This document shows positions 15,083-24,461 of a DNA stretch of 24,461 bases, piece after piece. Made by a program: the position numbers and the translations under genes. The first letter of the stretch is position 1. Each line of letters starts with the position of its first letter. The DNA is taken from positions 1-24,461 of IMG/VR virus record IMGVR_UViG_3300017645_000119; one strand, written 5' to 3'. A model generated the notes under the pieces. It saw nothing but the letters and a program-made list of their open reading frames with translations. It had not been told where the DNA came from and made no database searches. Source of the stretch: a virus (Duplodnaviria; Caudoviricetes).

Positions 15083-15655
15083 GTGCGCCCTGTAGCCGTG
15101 CTTTTCGCCAGAGTCGACAGTATATATAAGACGCTACCAGGCGTTGATGTGTATGACATCAACCGAGATGCTCGGACGTTCTCTGGCAGTATGCCGATCG
15201 TGGCGCACCCGCCGTGCCGCTCCTGGGGACGCTTGCGCCAGTTTGCCCAGCCGAGAGACGGAGAGAAGGAGCTTGGCCCCTGGGCGGTGGAACAAGTGCG
15301 CAGATGGGGCGGAGTCCTTGAGCACCCTGCAGAATCGACCCTATGGGCACATTGCTCCATGCCCGCACCTGGGCGTTTCCCTGACGAATGGGGGGGTTGG
15401 TCATTCGCTGTCGACCAGTTCCACTTCGGGCACAGGGCAGAGAAATCAACCTGGCTGTATGTAGTCGGGCTCGATCCGGACGCCCTGCCCCCGATTCCTC
15501 GACGTGAGGGACGCCCGACCCATTGTGTCAGGCCAACCAAGTCATATCCCCGCCTGCCATCGATCACGAAAGCTGAACGCGAGCATACCCCGCCTGCACT
15601 TGCTGTCTGGCTTGTGGAAACGGCAAGACGAACCCAAATACTGGAGTCAGCATGA
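15083..15655 (+). CDS. Miniature C5-cytosine methyltransferase-like protein
   Basis: AHPPC catalytic motif, LEHP, Q..FGH..K.TWLY; no clear FxGxG. Confidence 0.65.
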   Translation: MRPVAVLFARVDSIYKTLPGVDVYDINRDARTFSGSMPIVAHPPCRSWGRLRQFAQPRDGEKELGPWAVEQVRRWGGVLEHPAESTLWAHCSMPAPGRFPDEWGGWSFAVDQFHFGHRAEKSTWLYVVGLDPDALPPIPRREGRPTHCVRPTKSYPRLPSITKAEREHTPPALAVWLVETARRTQILESA

Positions 15656-15756
15656 AACTACCCCGCCGCATCCTACGCTGGGCATTAATCCCAGTCGCCC
15701 TTATTGCCACATCACCGCTGATTATCTTGGCCCTCTACTTTGGCGGGACGATATGA
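15652..15756 (+). CDS. Small membrane peptide (34 aa)
   Basis: MKLPRRILRWALIPVALIATSPLIILALYFGGTI; GGAG RBS; ATGA overlaps at both ends. Confidence 0.55.
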   Translation: MKLPRRILRWALIPVALIATSPLIILALYFGGTI

Positions 15757-15974
15757 AACGCTACGAACTATCCCGCGACTACCGCCACGGCATCGGCATG
15801 CCCGAAGTCATCGAGTGCGCAGATGGCCGGTTTGTACGGTGGGAGGATGTGCAGAGGCTTAGGGAGGCGCTGGCCGTCGCGCACGATCACATCGACATGA
15901 GCAGGCTTGAAATCAGCCACTGCAAGGATGCAACACTGATCCGCGCCGCCCTTTCACAGGAGCAGAAATGCTAA
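15753..15974 (+). CDS. Hypothetical phage protein
   Basis: MKRYEL...ECADGRFVRWEDV; ATGA coupling. Confidence 0.7.
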   Translation: MKRYELSRDYRHGIGMPEVIECADGRFVRWEDVQRLREALAVAHDHIDMSRLEISHCKDATLIRAALSQEQKC

Positions 15975-16347
15975 AACTGCCGCTCGAACACCCCAAGAAT
16001 GTTCCGTCAGATTATCGCCGCACCACATTTCCATGGGCAAGCTGCGCGCCATTCGTGGAGAACCGGCGAGGCCTATTGATCCACCGTCCCCGAACCGTTG
16101 CGACATTCACGCTGCTTAAGAAGCCTCACTTTGCGATTGGCTATTGGTGTGGCAACCACGCAAACAATAACAGCGGGAATATCACTTTCCTCGACGCACC
16201 GCCCGCCGGGGCAATCCTGTGCGAACGCTGCGAGGAACTGGCTGTCCGCGCTGGATTACCGAGCGCTGAGCAATTGGCAGGGCGACATGTCCATATCGGC
16301 AAAATCAAAGCGGTATTGACGTGCGGATGCGCCCTTTCACAGGAGCA
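15947..16347 (+). repeat. 18-bp direct repeat pair flanking one gene
   Basis: CGCCCTTTCACAGGAGCA at 15947-15964 and 16330-16347. Confidence 0.85.
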
Positions 16348-16357
16348 AGAGAGATGA
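15968..16357 (+). CDS. Hypothetical Cys/His-containing protein
   Basis: AGGAG RBS; H...WCG...CERC. Confidence 0.75.
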   Translation: MLKLPLEHPKNVPSDYRRTTFPWASCAPFVENRRGLLIHRPRTVATFTLLKKPHFAIGYWCGNHANNNSGNITFLDAPPAGAILCERCEELAVRAGLPSAEQLAGRHVHIGKIKAVLTCGCALSQEQER

Positions 16358-16692
16358 CAACCAATAACGAAGTCCTGTCAGTTGAGCAGATAGTTGGAAT
16401 TCTGCACAACACTCCCCCGGCCCCAAAGGAAGGCCACCACGTTGTTTTTGCCCGAGCCATCGAGCAAGCAGTGCTGGCAAAGGTTCAGTCCGCCATGCCT
16501 GCGAATGCTGAGGATACCAAGCGCCTGAACTTCCTAGCAGAGCATGCCCGAACCATTCGTCGCGCTGACAACGGCCGACAGAATCTGGTGATTTGGAGCC
16601 ATAACATGCCATTTGAAGGGGCCGGCCTGAGAGCCAACATGAACACCATGATTGACCACACCCGCCGCCGCCGCATAGAGGGGGAGTCATGA
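16354..16692 (+). CDS. Hypothetical phage protein
   Basis: FARAIEQAVL and EDTKRLNFL mosaic motifs. Confidence 0.75.
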   Translation: MTTNNEVLSVEQIVGILHNTPPAPKEGHHVVFARAIEQAVLAKVQSAMPANAEDTKRLNFLAEHARTIRRADNGRQNLVIWSHNMPFEGAGLRANMNTMIDHTRRRRIEGES

Positions 16693-16988
16693 TGCCCTGC
16701 TACAGCGGATTCACCAAGGGCGGCGACCGCTTCTTCATTTGCGGCGATCTTGGCCCGTACTGCGCTGACCATCGTTGCATGGACGTGGGCACGAACCTCT
16801 GCGATTACCCGGTTGACGAGGGGAAAACGTGCGACATGCCGATTTGCGACAACCACGCTTTCGAGGCTGCTCCCAATGTCCATTACTGCCCTGGCCATGC
16901 GGTCATGTGGCGGAAGTTCGTAGATGCGGGCGGCGTGGAGAAAGAACTGAAGAACGTTGTGCCGTTCGCGGCCAAGGAAAGGACTTGA
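16689..16988 (+). CDS. Cys-rich putative Zn-binding protein
   Basis: LCDYPV..GKTCDMPICDNHA...HYCPGH. Confidence 0.8.
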   Translation: MMPCYSGFTKGGDRFFICGDLGPYCADHRCMDVGTNLCDYPVDEGKTCDMPICDNHAFEAAPNVHYCPGHAVMWRKFVDAGGVEKELKNVVPFAAKERT

Positions 16989-17437
16989 AAGACCAGAATA
17001 TAGAACTGCCGCCGCTGCCAAAAGGCGTAAAGAATAGCTGGGACAAGAGCATTGGTCGGGCCATGCAAGACTACGCCCGCCAAGCCATCGCCCAAGACCG
17101 CCAGCAGCAAGCAGACTGGCACAAGATCGCCGATAAGCGAGCAGCGGAGATTGTGAGACTGGAGGAGCAGATTAATTCGCTTCGCCAGCAGCGCGGGGAG
17201 CCTGTGGCCGTGCTGCGATTCGACCGGACAACTCCGGGGCTAGAAAACGAAATGCCTACCGTAGTATCTTGCAACAGCCTGCCGGACGGTGAGTATCCTG
17301 TCTACACAGCCCCACAACCCGCCGAGCCAACTATCCGGAATTTCCGGACAGTTGCCGAGCCGGTGAAGGTGCCGAGCGCCCAGCCAGCCTCCCCAGACAA
17401 CTGCGACGCGGTCAACATTGCTGTTTTCGGAGAGTGA
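16985..17437 (+). CDS. Hypothetical Ea22/Eaa-type mosaic protein
   Basis: TTG start coupled to the upstream stop; ELPPLP, MQDYARQAI, GEPVA, VYTAPQP modules. Confidence 0.7.
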   Translation: MKDQNIELPPLPKGVKNSWDKSIGRAMQDYARQAIAQDRQQQADWHKIADKRAAEIVRLEEQINSLRQQRGEPVAVLRFDRTTPGLENEMPTVVSCNSLPDGEYPVYTAPQPAEPTIRNFRTVAEPVKVPSAQPASPDNCDAVNIAVFGE

Positions 17438-17438
17438 C

Positions 17439-17627
17439 ATGATCGAAACCGCCATCGACGCCAAAGGCCGCCAATGGAAGCCCTTTGATCTGGTGTGGGA
17501 CGGCCCGGACGGCCAGTTTTGCGCCACCATCCACGCAATCTCAGAGGACCACGCCCGCCTGATGCTGGCCGATATCAAGGCTACCGGGCGGATTGAGGGC
17601 GAGATTATCAAGGAGGTGCCGACATGA
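17439..17627 (+). CDS. Small hypothetical phage protein
   Basis: GGAG RBS; IHAISEDHARLMLADIKATG. Confidence 0.7.
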   Translation: MIETAIDAKGRQWKPFDLVWDGPDGQFCATIHAISEDHARLMLADIKATGRIEGEIIKEVPT

Positions 17628-17913
17628 GCCTCGGCCCTGATTGGTTGATAGCCCTGGATGCCATGGGCTACGCCTACCTGATTATGTATGTGGTGTGGGG
17701 GCAGGATTGACGATGGTCTGCTGAATGAGCTAGTGCATCTGGCCTCGGGCATGGATATCTGCACCCATACGCCTATCGGCATCCTGGGAAATCGGGTGCG
17801 GGATTTGGAGCGGCGGATGGAGACGATGATGGAGGCGGCAGCGTTAATTATTTGATAGCCATTTTTCTTCCGCCAATGATTCTATTTATGTTCAATTACT
17901 ACGAGGGTAAGAC

Positions 17914-18126
17914 ATGGCACAGCAAGCCACACAAGCCGATGACCGGCTAATCACTGATAAAGAAGTTGCCCACCTGCTGGGCGCTTCGCGTTCCTGGCCC
18001 TGGAAGCTGGCCCGCGACGGAAAATTCCCCAAGCCCATTCAACTGTCCGCCCGCTGTACGCGTTGGCGGCTGTCGGATGTCAAAGAATGGATGGCTGACC
18101 CACAGGGATGGAGAGACAAACATTAG
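17914..18126 (+). CDS. AlpA-family regulator / recombination directionality factor
   Basis: KEVAHLLGASRSWPWKLARDGKFPKPIQLSARCTRW. Confidence 0.92.
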   Translation: MAQQATQADDRLITDKEVAHLLGASRSWPWKLARDGKFPKPIQLSARCTRWRLSDVKEWMADPQGWRDKH

Positions 18127-18152
18127 GCAGTGCCCTCCCGGCAGTAACTGGT

Positions 18153-18177
18153 ACGCCCCGCCCGGGGCGTTTTCTTT
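18153..18177 (+). terminator. Intrinsic terminator between alpA and xis
   Basis: ACGCCCC-GCCC-GGGGCGT followed by TTTCTTT. Confidence 0.7.
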
Positions 18178-18188
18178 GGAGTACGATA

Positions 18189-18467
18189 ATGGTGCGATAT
18201 GTAACAATCGCCCGCTTCGCGGCCATGTCCGGCTATACCGAGAACGCCATCCGAACCAAACTGAGGGACGGAATATGGAGGCAGGGCTGCGAGTGGATAA
18301 AAGCCCCTGATGGGCGAATTCTCATCGACACGCAAGGATATGACACATGGGTAGGGACGGAAGGGGTGTTGCCCCCGCCTCGGAAAGCAGTATCCAGATC
18401 ACATTCCAGTACCGTGGGCAGCGCTGCCGGGAAAAAATTCGGATCAAGCCCACGCCCGCTAATCTGA
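18189..18467 (+). CDS. xis: Excisionase
   Basis: RYVTIARFAAMSGYTENAIRTKLRDGIW..G.EWIKAPDGRILID; GGAG RBS; overlaps the integrase start. Confidence 0.88.
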   Translation: MVRYVTIARFAAMSGYTENAIRTKLRDGIWRQGCEWIKAPDGRILIDTQGYDTWVGTEGVLPPPRKAVSRSHSSTVGSAAGKKFGSSPRPLI

Positions 18468-19519
18468 AGCGAGCCGAGCGGCACCGGGCTGCCATTCTCG
18501 TGGCGATTGAGTCCGGGACGTTCGACTACGCCGCCACGTTTCCCAATAGCCCCAATGCGGCCAAGTTCGCCGCCGTCCCAGGCCAGACAAAGACCGTTGA
18601 AACCTACCTGACTGACTGGCTAAAGTCAGCAGAAAAACACGTCAAGGCATCCACCCTTGATGGATATAGGAAGGTTGTCGACAACCTGCTAATCCCGAAG
18701 TTCGGCCAGGTTATGCTGGCAAGCTGGAGGCGGCCCGACGTGAAGGCGTGGCTTGAGGGCATGACGTGCAGCAACAAGCGCCTGGCCAATATTCAAAGCG
18801 TCATCCGAAAGGCCCTGGATGACGCTGTCGAGGACGAAGATCTGGAGTCAAATTTCATGAAGGGCTACTGCTACCAGAAAAAAGAGCCTCCAAAAGATGA
18901 GGATGACATTGATCCCTTCACCCCCGACGAACAGGCCGCTATTCTGGCCAGGTGCCCGCCGGAATTTGCCAACCAAGTGACCTTTTCGCTGTGGACGGGC
19001 CTGCGACCAAGCGAACTGATTGCGCTGAATTGGTCTGACATTGATTTCGTGCGTGGGCGCATCGTCGTCAGGAAAGCGATTACACAGGCATCCAAGGGCA
19101 AGGTTGAGGATACGAAAACATCGTCGGGCCGGCGTGAGGTGAAGATCCTGGCCCCTGCAGCTGCGGCGCTCAAAGCTCAGAAGCCGCGCACCTTCCTTGC
19201 AGGCGACCCCGTATTCAGGAACCCAGGCACTGGCGAGCGCTGGACGGGAGATCAGCAGATCAGGGATTTATGGGTGCGGGTGCTGAAGCTGGCCGGGGTG
19301 CGTTACCGCTGGCCGTACCAGATGCGCCACACCTACGCATCCATGATGCTGTCCGCAGGCGAGCATCCAATGTGGGTTGCCAAGCAGATGGGGCACAAGG
19401 ACTGGACGATGATCGCCAAGATCTACGGTAAGTGGATGCCTGCGGCAGATCTCGATGCAGGCGGGAAGGCCGAGGCACTTTTTGCGCCGGCCCAAACGAG
19501 GGATCGCCGGGCCGGCTGA
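18347..19519 (+). CDS. int: Tyrosine integrase with N-terminal arm-binding domain
   Basis: SIQITFQYRGQRCRE arm domain; TGLRPSEL, TKT, YQMRHTYAS, MGH, IYGKW catalytic motifs. Confidence 0.97.
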   Translation: MGRDGRGVAPASESSIQITFQYRGQRCREKIRIKPTPANLKRAERHRAAILVAIESGTFDYAATFPNSPNAAKFAAVPGQTKTVETYLTDWLKSAEKHVKASTLDGYRKVVDNLLIPKFGQVMLASWRRPDVKAWLEGMTCSNKRLANIQSVIRKALDDAVEDEDLESNFMKGYCYQKKEPPKDEDDIDPFTPDEQAAILARCPPEFANQVTFSLWTGLRPSELIALNWSDIDFVRGRIVVRKAITQASKGKVEDTKTSSGRREVKILAPAAAALKAQKPRTFLAGDPVFRNPGTGERWTGDQQIRDLWVRVLKLAGVRYRWPYQMRHTYASMMLSAGEHPMWVAKQMGHKDWTMIAKIYGKWMPAADLDAGGKAEALFAPAQTRDRRAG

Positions 19520-19606
19520 TCGTGTCATTTATCGTGTCATTCCGGAGCCAAAACAGCCCCAAAATACCCCAAAATAATGACACGGCAAATTCACAATGCC
19601 TTGATT
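19519..19606. promoter_or_regulatory. att arm: integrase arm-type repeats and IHF site
   Basis: ATCGTGTCATT at 19519 and 19531; inverted AATGACACG at 19576; minus-strand AATCAAGGCATTG (19594-19606) matches WATCAANNNNTTR. Confidence 0.65.
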
Positions 19607-19619
19607 TAATTGATTTTTA

Positions 19620-19710
19620 TGGCGGACAGAGGGGGATTCGAACCCCCGATACGCTATAAACGTATACACGCTTTCCAGGCGTGCGCCTTCAACCACTCGG
19701 CCACCTGTCC
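19620..19710 (-). tRNA. tRNA-Ser (anticodon GGA), prophage integration site
   Basis: GGACAGGTGGCCGAGTGG...CACGC-CTGGAAA-GCGTG, long variable arm, GGTTCGAATCC, encoded CCA. Confidence 0.97.
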
Positions 19711-19803
19711 TGCTCATGCCTTGACCGGTAATCAAGGCGAAGTCCGCTATTTTATCAGAATTTGGAAGGCATGCGCCAATGGCTGGGCCACGAGCGTCAA
19801 ATG

Positions 19804-20979
19804 TCAGGCAGAAACGGCCCTGGCCAGGGCCGCCCAGCGGCTGGCGTCGCGTGCGCGCAGGCGGATATCCTGCCCTACCATCAGATGTTCAGTGAACTCG
19901 AACCGGGTTGCCTGCGAAAGATCCTGCAATTCGGGCAGTCGCAGCATCCCCAGGCCGGGCCCCATCAGCATGGGCGCCATATAGGCCAGCAACTCGTCCA
20001 CGCAGCCCTCCTGCAGCAGTGCCCCGCTGAGCTTGGAGCCGGCCTCGGCGTGCACCTCGTTGACGTCGTGCTCGCCCATCCATTGCAGCACTGCGGCAAG
20101 ATCCACACGGCCATTGTCGCTGCGCGGCACCTGAATGACCCGCACGTTTCTGTCTGCCAGGCGCGCGGCCTTGTCAGAATCTGCGCTGCATGTGAATATC
20201 CATGCCTCATTGCCATCAAAGATGGCGGCAGACTCGTCCACCTCGAAACGGGTGTCGATGATGGCGCGTATAGGCTGTCGTAGTGTATCAACATAGCGCA
20301 CGTTCATCCGCGGGTTGTCCGCGACGACAGTGCCTGAACCCGTCAGAACGACACAGCTGCGCGCGCGCCAGTGATGGCCGTCGGCCCGTGCGGCCTCGCC
20401 GGTGATCCACTGTGATTTGCCGTTGGGCAGCGCAATACGTCCGTCCAGCGTGGCGGCGAGCTTCATCCACAGCCATGGTGTTCGGCGCGTCATGCGGGCA
20501 ATGAAGCCCGGATTCTGGGCCAATGCCTGCTGTGCGCCTACCCCGGTAACGACAGCAATGCCGGCCTCCCGCAGCCTGGCCACCCCCTGGCCGCCGACGA
20601 GCGGATTGGGATCGACCAGGGCAATCACGACCCGGGCAGGGCGCGCCTTGATGAGCGCATCAACACAAGGCGGCGTACGGCCATAGTGGCTGCAAGGCTC
20701 AAGCGTGACATAGACCGTGGCGCCTGCAACGTCCAGCCCACGCTCGGCCGCCTGGCGCAACGCCATCACCTCTGCATGCGGCCCGCCGGCACGCTGCGTG
20801 GAACCCTGAGCCAGCAGGCGGCCATCGCGCACGATGACGCACCCGACGCGCGGATTGGGGCTGGTAATGTAGAGCGCGCGCTCGGCCTGGGCCAGGGCGA
20901 GGTTCATCCAGTGCAGGTCAGGGTCCGCACCAGGGGCAGGCATCACCCCGCCATCAACGCGCGCAGATTCAATGCTCAC
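19804..20979 (-). CDS. ribD: Riboflavin biosynthesis deaminase/reductase
   Basis: [25 protein letters not shown]. Confidence 0.97.
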   Translation of the reverse strand: MSIESARVDGGVMPAPGADPDLHWMNLALAQAERALYITSPNPRVGCVIVRDGRLLAQGSTQRAGGPHAEVMALRQAAERGLDVAGATVYVTLEPCSHYGRTPPCVDALIKARPARVVIALVDPNPLVGGQGVARLREAGIAVVTGVGAQQALAQNPGFIARMTRRTPWLWMKLAATLDGRIALPNGKSQWITGEAARADGHHWRARSCVVLTGSGTVVADNPRMNVRYVDTLRQPIRAIIDTRFEVDESAAIFDGNEAWIFTCSADSDKAARLADRNVRVIQVPRSDNGRVDLAAVLQWMGEHDVNEVHAEAGSKLSGALLQEGCVDELLAYMAPMLMGPGLGMLRLPELQDLSQATRFEFTEHLMVGQDIRLRARDASRWAALARAVSA

Positions 20980-21437
20980 GACCTTGACCTGGGCTGGATC
21001 TCATCAATGGCCTTGACGAATTCGCCGATGTCCTCAAAGCTTTGGTACACAGAAGCAAAACGGACATAGGCCACGAGATCGAGCTTCTTGAGTTCAGCCA
21101 TGACAAGCTCGCCGATATAGCCTGACGGAACCTCTCGCCTGCCGCTGACCAGCAGCGCCTCTTCGATCCGGTCAACCGCGGCGTCGACGTCTTCGGTGCT
21201 TACCGGCCGCTTGCGCAAGGCCAGGCTCAGGCTGGCACGCAACTTGTCTATGCTGAATTCCGTGCGTGTGCCGTTGCGCTTGACCACCGCCGGCATGACC
21301 AGCTCGGCCCGCTCGTAGGTGGTGAAGCGCCGGTCACAAGCTGTACAGCGACGGCGACGCCGTATGGTGTCGCCCTCTTCCGAAACCCGGGAATCGATCA
21401 CCTGCGTATCGAAACTGCTGCAAAACGGACATTTCAT
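20976..21437 (-). CDS. nrdR: Transcriptional repressor NrdR
   Basis: MKCPFC...IRRRRRC..C..RFTTYE; [10 protein letters not shown]. Confidence 0.98.
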   Translation of the reverse strand: MKCPFCSSFDTQVIDSRVSEEGDTIRRRRRCTACDRRFTTYERAELVMPAVVKRNGTRTEFSIDKLRASLSLALRKRPVSTEDVDAAVDRIEEALLVSGRREVPSGYIGELVMAELKKLDLVAYVRFASVYQSFEDIGEFVKAIDEIQPRSRS

Positions 21438-21473
21438 GGCTGGCTGTGCCCCGCTTTCGCGGGGCTGCTGGTG

Positions 21474-22718
21474 TCAGCGGTAGACCGGCAGGCGGGCGGT
21501 GAGCTCGTTGACCCGGGCGCGAACAGCGGCAATATTCGCTTCGTCGCGGGGGTTGTCGAGCACATCGGCGATAAGGTTGGCCGTGAGTTCAGCCTCGGCT
21601 TCCTTGAAGCCGCGCGTTGTCATGGCTGGCGTGCCGAGACGGATGCCGCTGGTGACAAAAGGCTTTTCGGGGTCGTTCGGAATGGCATTCTTGTTGACCG
21701 TGATATGGGCCTGGCCCAGGACTGCTTCGGCTTCCTTGCCGGTAATGCCCTTGGCGCGCAGATCGACCAGCATGACATGGCTTTCCGTATGGCCAGACAC
21801 AATGCGCAGCCCGCGGCTGACCAGCGTGCGAGCCAGCACATCGGCATTCTTGACGACCTGTGCCGCGTATTCCTTGAATTCGGGCTGCAGCGCCTCCTTG
21901 AAGGCAACAGCCTTGGCCGCGATGACGTGCATCAGCGGGCCGCCCTGAATGCCAGGGAAGATGGCGGAATTGATGATCTTCTCGAACTCGGCCTTCATCA
22001 TGATGACGCCGCCGCGTGGGCCGCGCAGCGACTTGTGCGTGGTGGAGGTGACGAAATCGGCATGGGGGAAGGGGTTGGGATATGCGCCGCCAGCGACCAG
22101 GCCCGCGTAGTGGGCAATGTCGACCATGAACAGCGCACCGTTGTCATGGGCGATGCGAGCCATGCGCTCGAAATCGATACGCAGGGAATAGGCAGATGCG
22201 CCGCCGACGATCAGCTTGGGCTTGTGCTTCTTGGTCAGGTTCTCGAGCTGGTCGTAGTCAAGCACTTCGTTTGCATCCAGGCCATACGACACGAAGTTGT
22301 ACAGCTTGCCCGAAGCATTGACGGGTGATCCGTGCGTCAAATGGCCCCCTTCTGCCAGGCTCATGCCAAGAACGGTATCGCCAGGCTTGAGCACTGCCAT
22401 ATATACGCCCTGATTAGCCTGCGAGCCCGAGTTCGGCTGCACGTTGGCCGCTTCCGCGCCGAAGATTTCCTTCAGGCGGTCGATGGCCAGCTGTTCGACA
22501 ATGTCCACGTACTCGCAACCACCGTAATAGCGCTTGCCAGGGTAGCCTTCGGCATACTTGTTGGTCAGCTGTGTTCCCTGAGCCTGCATGACGGCGGGGC
22601 TGGTGTAGTTCTCGGAAGCGATCAACTCAATGTGCTGCTCCTGGCGGACGTTTTCCTTCTGGACGGCAGCCCAGACGTCGGCATCGACTTGATCGAGAGT
22701 GCGTGAACGGTCAAACAT
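21474..22718 (-). CDS. glyA: Serine hydroxymethyltransferase
   Basis: [33 protein letters not shown]; start at MFDRS (22718). Confidence 0.98.
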   Translation of the reverse strand: MFDRSRTLDQVDADVWAAVQKENVRQEQHIELIASENYTSPAVMQAQGTQLTNKYAEGYPGKRYYGGCEYVDIVEQLAIDRLKEIFGAEAANVQPNSGSQANQGVYMAVLKPGDTVLGMSLAEGGHLTHGSPVNASGKLYNFVSYGLDANEVLDYDQLENLTKKHKPKLIVGGASAYSLRIDFERMARIAHDNGALFMVDIAHYAGLVAGGAYPNPFPHADFVTSTTHKSLRGPRGGVIMMKAEFEKIINSAIFPGIQGGPLMHVIAAKAVAFKEALQPEFKEYAAQVVKNADVLARTLVSRGLRIVSGHTESHVMLVDLRAKGITGKEAEAVLGQAHITVNKNAIPNDPEKPFVTSGIRLGTPAMTTRGFKEAEAELTANLIADVLDNPRDEANIAAVRARVNELTARLPVYR

Positions 22719-22827
22719 GAGGGTAATCCTGGGTGAGATTGAGGCGGAAGCGTAGACAAACTGGAGCATTTTAGCCCGAATATCCGCGATCCCGATGCGA
22801 TCGGGGTGCAATGTGGGCCCCAAGCGG

Positions 22828-22856
22828 CGTAATCGGGCCAGATTGGCCCGATTACG
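22828..22856. repeat. Perfect 13-bp inverted repeat between the YbhB/YbcL gene and glyA
   Basis: CGTAATCGGGCCA-GAT-TGGCCCGATTACG. Confidence 0.7.
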
Positions 22857-22909
22857 GAAACCGCATTCATGTTGATGTGAGCCGCCCTCATGTTGAGGCG
22901 GCCGGCGCG

Positions 22910-23551
22910 TCAACCTGCCTGGTCGGCGATGACGCGCGGGTTCAGGCTGTAGATACCGGTGATCGCCGCCTGTCCCAGCACATGCCCTTGCATGGCCTTG
23001 AGCGCGTCGCTGCCGGTGAAACGCCCCTCGAAAGGCAGCTCGGCAATATCGAGGGCATAGACGGTGAAGACGTAGCGGTGGGCAATGGAATCATTCCACG
23101 GCGGGCAAGGGCCGTCATAGCCGAAATAGTCGCCGTTCATGTCGCGGTCGGCGGCAAACCAGTTGGTGTAGTCATTGACCCCCTGGCGCGTACCGTCCAG
23201 CGCAAGCGGGCCCGCCTTGCCGCGCGGCGTGATGCCGTCGGAATAGGCGCCCTCGGCAATCTCCTGGGTGCCGGAAGGAATATCCACGAGCACCCAGTGG
23301 AAGAAGTCCACGCGGGGAAGATCGCCCGGAATCTCGCGGCCCTCCTGGTTCACATCGTCGGGTTTGCTCGGGACATCGGGATCATGGCATATGACGACGA
23401 AAGACTGGGTGCCGACAGGTACGTCCGACCACGCCAGATGCGGATTGACGTTGCCAGCCAGCGCAACGTGGTTCTGGCCGTCGGGCTTGCCAAAGGCATA
23501 GCGCTCGGGTATGCGCCCGTTATCCGTAAAAGACTTGCTGGTTAGTTCCAT
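22910..23551 (-). CDS. YbhB/YbcL (PEBP) family protein
   Basis: [34 protein letters not shown]. Confidence 0.95.
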   Translation of the reverse strand: MELTSKSFTDNGRIPERYAFGKPDGQNHVALAGNVNPHLAWSDVPVGTQSFVVICHDPDVPSKPDDVNQEGREIPGDLPRVDFFHWVLVDIPSGTQEIAEGAYSDGITPRGKAGPLALDGTRQGVNDYTNWFAADRDMNGDYFGYDGPCPPWNDSIAHRYVFTVYALDIAELPFEGRFTGSDALKAMQGHVLGQAAITGIYSLNPRVIADQAG

Positions 23552-23574
23552 AACGTACTCCTGAACAAGTGAAT

Positions 23575-24461
23575 TCAGCCGGTAAGGGTAATGCGGGCAA
23601 ATTTTCGCTTGCCAACCTGGACGACATAGGTTCCCGCCGGCAATTGCAGGGCCTTGTCTTCGATTTTTCCACCATCTATGCGCACGCCGCCTTGTTCCAC
23701 ATTGCGCTGGGCCTCGGCGCCTGAAGCAGCCAGGCCCGCTTCGCGCAGCACCTTCAGTATGCCCAGCGGTGCGCCCGGGATACTGACCTCGGGCATGTCA
23801 TCGGGGATGACGCCATCGCGAAAGCGGGCCTCGAATGAGGCGAGCGCATCTTCGGCCGCCTTGCGGTCGTGAAAGCGCGCGACGATCTCCTGGGCCAGCT
23901 GCACCTTGGCCTGCCTGGGATTGAGCCCCTGCCGCACCTGCTCCTGCAGCGCGGCGATGTCGTCAAGCGAACGGAAAGACAGCAGCTCGTAGTAACGCCA
24001 CATGAGCGTATCCGAAATGGACATCAGCTTGCCGAACATGGAGTCGGGCGTTTCAGTGATGCCGATATAGTTGCCCTTGGACTTGGACATTTTATCGACG
24101 CCGTCTGTGCCTTCGAGCAGCGGCATGGTCAGGACGCACTGGGGCTCCTGGCCGTATTCCTTCTGAAGCTCGCGCCCGACCAGCAGGTTGAATTTCTGGT
24201 CGGTGCCGCCCAGCTCCAGGTCTGCCTTGAGCACGACAGAGTCATAACCCTGCATCAGCGGGTACAGGAACTCGTGCACCGAGATCGGAATGCCGCCCTT
24301 GTAGCGCTTGGTGAAGTCGTCGCGCTCCATCATCCGTGCCACGGTATAGCGCGACGCAAGCTGGATCATGCCGCGCGCGCCCAGCTTGTCGCACCATTCC
24401 GCGTTGTAGCGGATTTCGGTGCGGGCCGGATCCAGCACCATGCTGGCCTGCGCATAATAGG
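23575..24461 (-). CDS. tyrS: Tyrosyl-tRNA synthetase (5' part outside window)
   Basis: [27 protein letters not shown]-terminal S4 domain. Confidence 0.97.
   Translation of the reverse strand, partial: YYAQASMVLDPARTEIRYNAEWCDKLGARGMIQLASRYTVARMMERDDFTKRYKGGIPISVHEFLYPLMQGYDSVVLKADLELGGTDQKFNLLVGRELQKEYGQEPQCVLTMPLLEGTDGVDKMSKSKGNYIGITETPDSMFGKLMSISDTLMWRYYELLSFRSLDDIAALQEQVRQGLNPRQAKVQLAQEIVARFHDRKAAEDALASFEARFRDGVIPDDMPEVSIPGAPLGILKVLREAGLAASGAEAQRNVEQGGVRIDGGKIEDKALQLPAGTYVVQVGKRKFARITLTG

Larger units (their letters stand above)
1..19619. mobile_element. Lambdoid prophage (immunity, replication, recombination and integration end), continues beyond the left edge of the window
   Basis: Tyrosine integrase next to a tRNA 3' end; divergent cI/cro; replication, ERF/exonuclease/SSB and Q-like genes; host housekeeping genes begin beyond the tRNA. 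Confidence 0.96.

Noticed and set aside
17688-17856. Short ORF MWCGGRIDDGLLNELV...
   Set aside because: No RBS and overlaps another micro-ORF; may be a decayed fragment
22719-22913. ZMP/ZTP riboswitch or N-terminal extension of glyA
   Set aside because: pfl-motif sequences not seen; SHMT homology begins at Met 22718

Overview
About 19.6 kb (1-19619) is one end of a lambdoid prophage integrated at the 3' end of a tRNA-Ser(GGA) gene (19620-19710, minus strand). The rest is host core DNA (ribD, nrdR, glyA, a YbhB/YbcL gene, partial tyrS); gene order and sequence style suggest a Betaproteobacterium, probably Alcaligenaceae (inference). The minus-strand phage operon runs cro, cII-like, NinB-like, DUF1364/YbcO-like, two ParB-fold proteins, replication initiator, DnaC-like loader, Holliday junction resolvase, Q-like antiterminator, then a late promoter/terminator and an N4C/N6A DNA methyltransferase. 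The plus strand carries a cI with no visible autocleavage domain, a ~2 kb accessory island, and the PL operon (ERF, YqaJ exonuclease, SSB, a miniature C5-MTase-like protein, many small ORFs, AlpA, Xis, integrase). Highlights: (i) an anti-CRISPR operon missed by the ORF track, with a 53-aa AcrIE4-like protein behind a promoter containing a perfect palindromic operator, followed by an Aca-like HTH fused in frame to an unrecognised 91-aa domain that has its own RBS; (ii) a small gene behind a LexA box and DnaA boxes that could be the antirepressor of the non-cleavable CI; (iii) a ~780-nt run of closed multi-branch RNA modules in the PL transcript, including a tRNA-like cloverleaf with an alternative pairing; (iv) a candidate anti-Shine-Dalgarno sRNA in the late leader. 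Family assignments come from motif recognition by eye and from memory; no searches were run.
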